NCBI GenBank assembly: GCA_964514165.1
Contig: CAZEPS010000003.1
Coordinates: forward strand, 1-50,168
Source of the DNA: an uncultured Leptospirales bacterium
Lineage (GTDB): Bacteria > Spirochaetota > UBA4802 > UBA5550
DNA: 50,168 nucleotides
Direction: 5' to 3'
Of this stretch, positions 43,916 through 50,168 are shown in pieces. A program made the translations under genes and the position numbers. Position 1 is the first letter of the stretch. Each line of letters starts with the position of its first letter. The notes under the pieces are model-generated. The model did no database searches. It worked only from the letters and a program-made list of their open reading frames with translations, and was not told the DNA's origin.

Positions 43916-45574
43916 ATGGAGAATAAGAGATTAATCCTGGCTGTGGCACTGTCAATCGCTGTATGGGTTGGATGGTACCTCATATTCAAGCCTGAAACCG
44001 GGCAGCATAAGACAGAACCGGTCGCGGTAGAGGAACAGGCCGCGGAGAAAACCGAACAGGACCTGCCGGTTCCGACGGACAAAAGGAGTAGCGTTTCAAT
44101 TTCAGTTCCGAAAAGGGGGGCCGATGGCGATGAAAAACTGATTTCCCTTGAGACAGAAAAATTCAGCGCAAACCTGACCACCCGCGGGGCCGCGGTTAAA
44201 TCCCTCCTTTATAAAGAACGGAATATCAACCTGGTGGTTGAAGAGAGTTCCCTTGATACCAGGGGGGCCCTCGGCTTTTCGATACATTTTGATGAAAACG
44301 AATTCATAAAGGGCAACGACCTTGACACGGTTAACTGGTCCTATCGGAAAACGAATGAAGGGGGCGTTGCCTTTTATACCACCCTCTCCATAAACGGGGT
44401 TCCGGTTCAGATCGAAAAAATCTATTCCCTCATACCTGACAGTTATTCGATGAATATCGAATACCGTTTCACCAATACCGGCAGGGAAGAACTCACCATG
44501 AGTGGCGGCACGGTCATAATCTCGCCGTCGGACATTATCGGACCTGACCTTGACCTTACTAACCGATACAACGATCTTGCCGGTTTCTACTACTCAGACA
44601 ACGACTTTGACAAGTTCAGCAAGGGGGGGTTCTTCTCGGAAAAGGGACCGGTGAAAAAAGAGGCGGGTTCCATCGACTGGTACGGCCTCATGAGCAGGTA
44701 CTGCCTGGTAATCATGATACCGAAGGATTTCTCCGGCAACGGGGTAATCTACGATAACCGTAAAGGGGCCGGGGCCAGGACCGGGATGTACATCGACGTC
44801 AAGAACATCAGTCCTGCAGAGACGGTTGAAAAGGCCTTCACGGTATACCTTGGCGAGAAGGACAAGAAAAAGCTCGCCACCATCGACAAGACTCTCACCA
44901 CGGCGGCTGACATCAGCAGGTGGATAGAACCGATACGTTTCATTGTCATCTGGAGCCTGCTGCACCTGAACGACCTGATCGGAAACATGGGATGGTCCCT
45001 GGTAATCTTTTCACTGATTACCAAGATCATATTCATGCCACTGACCATCAAGTCAACCGAGTCGATGAAACGAATGCAGAAGCTCACTCCGAAAATGAAC
45101 GAGATCAAGGCCAAGTACAAGGACAAGCCCGAGATCATGCAGAAGGAGATGATGAAGCTCTACAAGGACAACAAGGTAAACCCGATGGGGGGATGCTTCC
45201 CGCTCCTGCTTCAGATGCCGTTTTTTATCGCACTCTACAGCGCCCTCATAAACTCGATAGACCTGTGGAACGCGCCCTTCATACTCTGGATCAGGGACCT
45301 GTCGATGCCGGACACCATCGCGACCATATCCGGCTTTAACCTGAACATCCTTCCCATATTGATGACTGTCACGAGTTTTCTCCAGCAGAAACTCACAACG
45401 GTCGATACCGGCGGACAGCAGCAGAAGATGATGATGATGATGATGCCGGTGATTCTTATATTCATATTCTGGAACATGCCCTCCGGGCTGGTCCTTTACT
45501 GGGCCCTCCAGAATATTTTCCAGGTTTTACACCAGATTATAACAAACTGGAGAGCTAAACTCAAGGAAAGTTGA
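43916..45574 (+). CDS. yidC: membrane protein insertase YidC
   Basis: 552 aa. N-terminal TM helix, large periplasmic domain, then the conserved core (GWSLVIFSLITKIIFMPLT, KVNPMGGCFPLLLQMPFFIALY, PSGLVLYW). Confidence 0.93.
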   Translation: MENKRLILAVALSIAVWVGWYLIFKPETGQHKTEPVAVEEQAAEKTEQDLPVPTDKRSSVSISVPKRGADGDEKLISLETEKFSANLTTRGAAVKSLLYKERNINLVVEESSLDTRGALGFSIHFDENEFIKGNDLDTVNWSYRKTNEGGVAFYTTLSINGVPVQIEKIYSLIPDSYSMNIEYRFTNTGREELTMSGGTVIISPSDIIGPDLDLTNRYNDLAGFYYSDNDFDKFSKGGFFSEKGPVKKEAGSIDWYGLMSRYCLVIMIPKDFSGNGVIYDNRKGAGARTGMYIDVKNISPAETVEKAFTVYLGEKDKKKLATIDKTLTTAADISRWIEPIRFIVIWSLLHLNDLIGNMGWSLVIFSLITKIIFMPLTIKSTESMKRMQKLTPKMNEIKAKYKDKPEIMQKEMMKLYKDNKVNPMGGCFPLLLQMPFFIALYSALINSIDLWNAPFILWIRDLSMPDTIATISGFNLNILPILMTVTSFLQQKLTTVDTGGQQQKMMMMMMPVILIFIFWNMPSGLVLYWALQNIFQVLHQIITNWRAKLKES

Positions 45575-45602
45575 GATACTATATAAGGCAGGAGGCTTGA
45601 AA

Positions 45603-46241
45603 ATGAAAGTTATCGAAGTTGAAGGAAGAACTGTTGATGACGCTACAAAAAAAGCACTCGCGGAACTGGGCCTCAGTAATGATTCTAAATTAAAGGTGGA
45701 GGTATTAGACGAGGGGAAAAGCGGAATATTCGGATTCGGTGTATCAAAACCGGCAAAAATAAGGATTTATTACAGTACCGACGTCCAGGACGTGGGGAAT
45801 ATCACCAAAGAGGTGCTCCTCGAAATACTGAAAAGGATGGAGATCGAGGGGGATATAATCGACCTGAAGGAGAGCGAAAACAAGGTTTACGTTGAAATTG
45901 AAAGCAAAAAGAACTCCGGTCTCATCATCGGCAGGAAGGGCAAGACACTGGAGGCCCTTCAGTTCATGGTAAATCTCATCGTGAACAGCAAAACAGGCAG
46001 CGAGAAAAAAATAATCCTCGATATTGAATCCTACAGGGCCAAGCGGGAACGGGCCCTGAAAAAGATGTCCCGGGAAATCGCCCACAAGGTTATAAAGACC
46101 GGAAGGCCCTGGACACTGGAACCGATGAATCCCTTCGAAAGAAGGCTTATACACCTCACCCTACAGAATGATTCCCGGGTCACCACCCGGAGCGAAGGGC
46201 AGGGAATATACCGCAAGGTAACTATCCTGCCGAACCGCTGA
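45603..46241 (+). CDS. jag: Jag/KhpB-type RNA-binding protein (KH plus R3H domains)
   Basis: ATG at 45603 lies 9 nt after AGGAGG (the track TTG at 45597 is too close to the RBS). KH-like IIGRKGKTLEALQ and R3H ERRLIHLTLQNDSRVTTRSEG. Conserved position after yidC. Confidence 0.85.
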   Translation: MKVIEVEGRTVDDATKKALAELGLSNDSKLKVEVLDEGKSGIFGFGVSKPAKIRIYYSTDVQDVGNITKEVLLEILKRMEIEGDIIDLKESENKVYVEIESKKNSGLIIGRKGKTLEALQFMVNLIVNSKTGSEKKIILDIESYRAKRERALKKMSREIAHKVIKTGRPWTLEPMNPFERRLIHLTLQNDSRVTTRSEGQGIYRKVTILPNR

Positions 46242-46270
46242 TGCAGCATCTCAGTCATTAAAGAGATTTC

Positions 46271-47638
46271 ATGGAGTATTCAGCACTGGATGATACCATA
46301 TACGCCCCTGCGACACCGCCGGTCAATTCACCGATTGCGGTAATTCGTATCTCCGGTGCTGAATCATACAGGGCGGTCGAAACATTCTTTTCATTGAAAG
46401 GGGCCCTCGAGACGAGACGAGCCTATTACGGTTCCTTCGTTGACGGAGACACCCTGATCGATGACATTATCCTCATCTATTACCGTTCCCCCTCCAGTTT
46501 TACCGGCGAGGACATGGTGGAGATTTTCTGCCACGGCAACCAGTTCATAGTGTCCGAAATAACCTCCATGCTGAGATCCCTCAACATGAGAACGGCCGAG
46601 CCGGGAGAATTCAGCCGGCGTGCCTTCATGAACGGGAAAATCGATCTTACCGAAGCGGAAGCGATAAACAATATAATCACTGCATCGAGCAGATGGGAGG
46701 TGAAAACCTCCATACGGCAGATGCACGGCTCCCTGAAGCTGAAGCTCCGATCTATCCGGGAATCCCTCATCCATCTCAAGGGGGACATCGAATGCGGCAT
46801 CGATTTTTCAGATGAGGATATTGAAATCATTACATACTTTGAAGCGGCCAGGACCGCGACAGATATTGAAGCCATGATTGCTGAAACCCTCAATAGATGC
46901 AGAATCGGCGAAAACCTCTCCCACGGAATAGACGTTACCATTGCCGGAAAGCCGAACGCGGGTAAATCGAGCGTGCTGAACCTTATCCTCAATCAGGAAC
47001 GGGCCATCGTGTCGTCAATCCCCGGCACCACCAGGGACATAATCCGTGAATCTGTCCAGATCAACGGTTTCCAGGTCAACCTCACCGATACCGCAGGTAT
47101 CGGCATACCCGGCGACGAGATCGAAAAGATCGGTATCGAGTTGAGCCACAGGAACATTGAACGATCAGCACTGGTGATCCTGGTCCTGGACGGGACCACC
47201 GGTTTCGATGAATCAGACAGAAAAATCCTACAGGCTGTTGACTCAAAGCGGCATATTTGTTTAATTAATAAGGTGGACATCACCCCAGATGAAGCAGTTG
47301 ATGATATCCAGAATGAAATCGGCGGTGATGGTATACCCTTTTCGGCTTTAGAGGGAACAGGAATAGACATCCTTGAAGACAAACTTTCTCAGTTCCTGAC
47401 CACCACCTTTGTCGAACATGACAGCTCCTACATAGCCGATATGCGCATCATCACTCTGCTGGAAAAGGGATTGAATGGAATACGAGGCACATTGAAACTG
47501 ATAGAGCAGAAGGCTCCGGAAGAGATTATCGCCTTTGAGCTGCAGACCGTTCTCGACTCCCTGGGAGAGATAACCGGCGAAATAACCCCGGACGATGTAC
47601 TCTCTTCCATATTCAGCAGGTTCTGTATAGGAAAATAG
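46271..47638 (+). CDS. mnmE: tRNA modification GTPase MnmE
   Basis: 455 aa. G-domain motifs GKPNAGKSS, DTAGI and NKVD, plus the C-terminal CIGK motif. Confidence 0.93.
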   Translation: MEYSALDDTIYAPATPPVNSPIAVIRISGAESYRAVETFFSLKGALETRRAYYGSFVDGDTLIDDIILIYYRSPSSFTGEDMVEIFCHGNQFIVSEITSMLRSLNMRTAEPGEFSRRAFMNGKIDLTEAEAINNIITASSRWEVKTSIRQMHGSLKLKLRSIRESLIHLKGDIECGIDFSDEDIEIITYFEAARTATDIEAMIAETLNRCRIGENLSHGIDVTIAGKPNAGKSSVLNLILNQERAIVSSIPGTTRDIIRESVQINGFQVNLTDTAGIGIPGDEIEKIGIELSHRNIERSALVILVLDGTTGFDESDRKILQAVDSKRHICLINKVDITPDEAVDDIQNEIGGDGIPFSALEGTGIDILEDKLSQFLTTTFVEHDSSYIADMRIITLLEKGLNGIRGTLKLIEQKAPEEIIAFELQTVLDSLGEITGEITPDDVLSSIFSRFCIGK

Positions 47639-47654
47639 CTGGCTGGACGACCGG

Positions 47655-50168
47655 GTGAAACTTGACGCGACACATCTCCTTTCCCTGATAAATACCATTC
47701 CCCAGATAATTTTTCTCATAGAAGAAGACCTGTCCATTATACACTGGAACAAGCCGGCTGACGACTGGGGAAAAAAGTTTTTTTCGAGAAACGTTTCACC
47801 AGGCGATTCCCTGTCGAGTTTTTTTCCAGTGGAATTGATAGTCGAGATCAGCGATATCTTTCAGAGCGGAAGCCGTGTCAGTAAAAATGAGATCGGTATT
47901 CTGAATTCCGGTGCAGATGAAGATCACTGGTTTGAGTATACGTTTATTCCCGTGGTGTCGGAAAGCGGGAAGCGCAAAATGTGGATCGTGATACGCGACG
48001 TTTCGGAACGAAAATTCGCCGTTGACGAAGTATTCAAAAGGGAACGCCGGTTCAGTTCCCTGGTAAAGGAACTTTCCGACATTATTATCATACTGGAAGA
48101 GGACTACACAGTCCGGTACACCAGTGATTCAATACAGAAAGTCCTCGGTTACGGGGTCAATGGTTTGAACGGGAAAAAAATATACGGCCTTATACACAAG
48201 GAAGATCATGCCAGGTTTCAAAATCTCTTTGAAAAAACCGGGAAAGAGGAAGGAGGTACATTTATAACTGAACTCAGGTTCCAGAACAGTGACGGGAAAT
48301 GGGTCTTTCTCGAGACCGCCGGCGTGAACCTCCTCGCGGACAGCAACGTAGAAGGGTTCGTCCTGACATCGCGGGACATCACCTATAGAAAGCAAATTGA
48401 GACCATCCTTGACAAAATTAACCGGCAGCAGGAGATGATCCTTGAATCTATCAGCGAGGGAATCTACGGCCTCGACAGGTCAGGGTACGTGACATTCGTA
48501 AATCCGGCCGCGATTGCCATGATAGGAAAAAGAGAAAAAGAAATAATAGGTTCCCTCAACAGCGAGGTCCTCCAGTTTTACGAAAAAACGGGCGTGCCCC
48601 TGGGCGAGAAAGAGAATTTTATCGCAACTACTCTCAGGTCAGGAAAGGTGTACCGGACATCCGATGTTTACCTTAAACGTGATGTCGGGTCATTAATGCC
48701 TGTTGAAATAACGGTTAATCCGATCCTTGAGAACAACGAGATTAAGGGAGCAGTAGTTACCCTGAATGACATATCAAAGAGAAAAAAATATGAAGAAGAT
48801 CTTGAATCGGCCAGGGTCGAGGCTGAGCGGGCGAGCCGGGCAAAGAGCGACTTCCTGGCAACCATCAGTCATGAACTGAGAACACCCCTGAACAGCATCA
48901 TGGGATTTCTTGAACTCCTCGGCAGGACTGAACTTGATTCAATCCAGAAGGACTATATTTCCATCGCCGATGACAGTTCGAGAAACCTGCTAAACATTAT
49001 TAACGATTTACTGGACCTGTCAAAAATCGAAAAAGGAAAAACCGAGCTCTACCTCTCTCCATTTAATCCGGTGAAGGAATTTGAGCGTACAGCGGAACTC
49101 TTTTCAAAACTCGCCGGTGATAAGAATATTGACTACCAGGTATTCATTGATCCAGTTTTGCCTGTGGAGATAACCGGTGATTCTCTTCGTCTTAACCAGG
49201 TATTGATTAACCTTATCGGAAATGCCTTTAAGTTTACCGATAACGGCGGAAACATCAGCATAGAAATATCCGGGAGCGTTTCAGGACCCGGAAGGTGCGC
49301 AATTACATTTTCCGTGTCCGATACCGGGATCGGCATACCGCGGTCGAAACTCGACCAGATATTCAAGCCATTCACCCAGGCCGATTCATCGGTGAGCAGA
49401 CGGTTCGGCGGCACCGGCCTGGGACTCGCGATCTCAAATGAATACGTATCCATGATGGGTGGAGAGTTGCAGGTCTCCAGCAGTTTCGGTGAAGGGAGCT
49501 GGTTTCATTTCACCCTCGATTTTCCCTGTCATGAAACTGTCAGGAATAATAGTGTGATGAAAAATACAGCAATACTTGTCATTAACAGGGGGAATGATCC
49601 CTCGCTAAAATCACTCTTTCGATATTGCGATACACTTGGGATAAAATGCCAGGAAGCTCAAATTGAAAACCATATTCCAGAGGGCACTGCGGGAATAATC
49701 ATCCATGCCCCTGAAGGCTTAAATGATTCTATAAAAAAAATACAATCGAATCTACCAGCTGGCAGGGTAATTATTTATACGAGTTTCAAAAAGGATCTCA
49801 ACGTAATTGAAACAATGAGATACTGCGACAGCCTAATCATGAAGCCCGTAACAGCTTCAAAACTGATAAACGCCCTCCATGGCGGAACTGAAGAAAGAAG
49901 AACCGGAACTGCTCCGGAAATTGAATTAGCCCGGAAAAAAAAGCACGCCCTGGTGGCAGAAGACAACAGGAACAATCAGAAGCTCATAAATCTGATGCTG
50001 AACGAGATTGGCTATGAATCAGATATCGCAGTAAACGGCTATGATGCCCTGAACAGGTATCTGTTTAACCGTTACGATATAATACTACTGGACATAAACA
50101 TGCCGATCTGCGACGGGATCGAGGCGGCAAAAAAAATAAGGGCCGCTGAGAAAGCGGAACAGCGGAAC
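47655..50168 (+). CDS. PAS-domain hybrid sensor histidine kinase/response regulator, 3' end cut by window edge
   Basis: Not in the track because it runs off the edge. GTG at 47655 is the first start after the in-frame TAG at 47628. Three PAS-like modules are followed by HisKA (FLATISHELRTPLNSIMGF), HATPase (NLIGNAFKFT, DTGIGIP, GGTGLGLAI) and a C-terminal receiver (ALVAEDNRNNQ..ILLDINMPICDG). Confidence 0.88.
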   Translation, partial: MKLDATHLLSLINTIPQIIFLIEEDLSIIHWNKPADDWGKKFFSRNVSPGDSLSSFFPVELIVEISDIFQSGSRVSKNEIGILNSGADEDHWFEYTFIPVVSESGKRKMWIVIRDVSERKFAVDEVFKRERRFSSLVKELSDIIIILEEDYTVRYTSDSIQKVLGYGVNGLNGKKIYGLIHKEDHARFQNLFEKTGKEEGGTFITELRFQNSDGKWVFLETAGVNLLADSNVEGFVLTSRDITYRKQIETILDKINRQQEMILESISEGIYGLDRSGYVTFVNPAAIAMIGKREKEIIGSLNSEVLQFYEKTGVPLGEKENFIATTLRSGKVYRTSDVYLKRDVGSLMPVEITVNPILENNEIKGAVVTLNDISKRKKYEEDLESARVEAERASRAKSDFLATISHELRTPLNSIMGFLELLGRTELDSIQKDYISIADDSSRNLLNIINDLLDLSKIEKGKTELYLSPFNPVKEFERTAELFSKLAGDKNIDYQVFIDPVLPVEITGDSLRLNQVLINLIGNAFKFTDNGGNISIEISGSVSGPGRCAITFSVSDTGIGIPRSKLDQIFKPFTQADSSVSRRFGGTGLGLAISNEYVSMMGGELQVSSSFGEGSWFHFTLDFPCHETVRNNSVMKNTAILVINRGNDPSLKSLFRYCDTLGIKCQEAQIENHIPEGTAGIIIHAPEGLNDSIKKIQSNLPAGRVIIYTSFKKDLNVIETMRYCDSLIMKPVTASKLINALHGGTEERRTGTAPEIELARKKKHALVAEDNRNNQKLINLMLNEIGYESDIAVNGYDALNRYLFNRYDIILLDINMPICDGIEAAKKIRAAEKAEQRN

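Noticed and set aside
1-50168. CRISPR arrays, tRNA/rRNA genes, transposases, toxin-antitoxin pairs or known defence-system genes
   Set aside because: Scanning all intergenic regions showed no regularly spaced direct repeats and no cloverleaf-type T-arm sequence other than the tmRNA. No ORF has transposase, integrase, nuclease-helicase or other defence hallmarks recognisable by eye.

Overview
This is a 50-kb chromosomal window from a diderm (outer-membrane-bearing) bacterium. GC content is moderate, and the intergenic spacers are very AT-rich. I can support 41 protein-coding genes (two truncated by the window edges) and one tmRNA. I saw no rRNA, tRNA, CRISPR array, transposase, integrase or recombinase.

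- **Housekeeping:** pth (partial), lysS, clpB, a thiolase, a crotonase, a VOC/epimerase-like protein, nrdD/nrdG, and the conserved rpmH-rnpA-yidD-yidC-jag-mnmE cluster.
- **Envelope:** an 1893-aa outer-membrane barrel candidate (SprA-like) downstream of an M23 peptidase, an AsmA-like protein, a 340-aa beta-barrel OMP and several lipoproteins.
- **Signalling:** two single-domain STAS proteins, a polytopic SpoIIE phosphatase, a stripped SpoIIE-like protein, a Ser/Thr kinase fused to a HAD/FCP1-like domain, and a PAS-rich hybrid histidine kinase (partial).

Observations I consider most worth follow-up:
1. The class III ribonucleotide reductase has its glycyl-radical segment encoded as a separate 54-aa ORF that the ORF track missed.
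2. A ~3-kb four-gene block next to ssrA is bracketed by ~75-nt near-identical inverted repeats.
3. A long palindrome with a shared core sits upstream of both clpB and ssrA.
4. A recurrent palindromic 12-13-mer brackets the nrdD promoter and one other sigma70-like promoter.
5. Three DnaA boxes cluster in a 520-bp AT-rich spacer.
6. An exported superoxide-reductase-like protein is translationally coupled to a 61-aa di-histidine membrane protein.

All hand-derived coordinates may be off by 1-2 nt. No database search was possible, so every family assignment rests on motifs read by eye.
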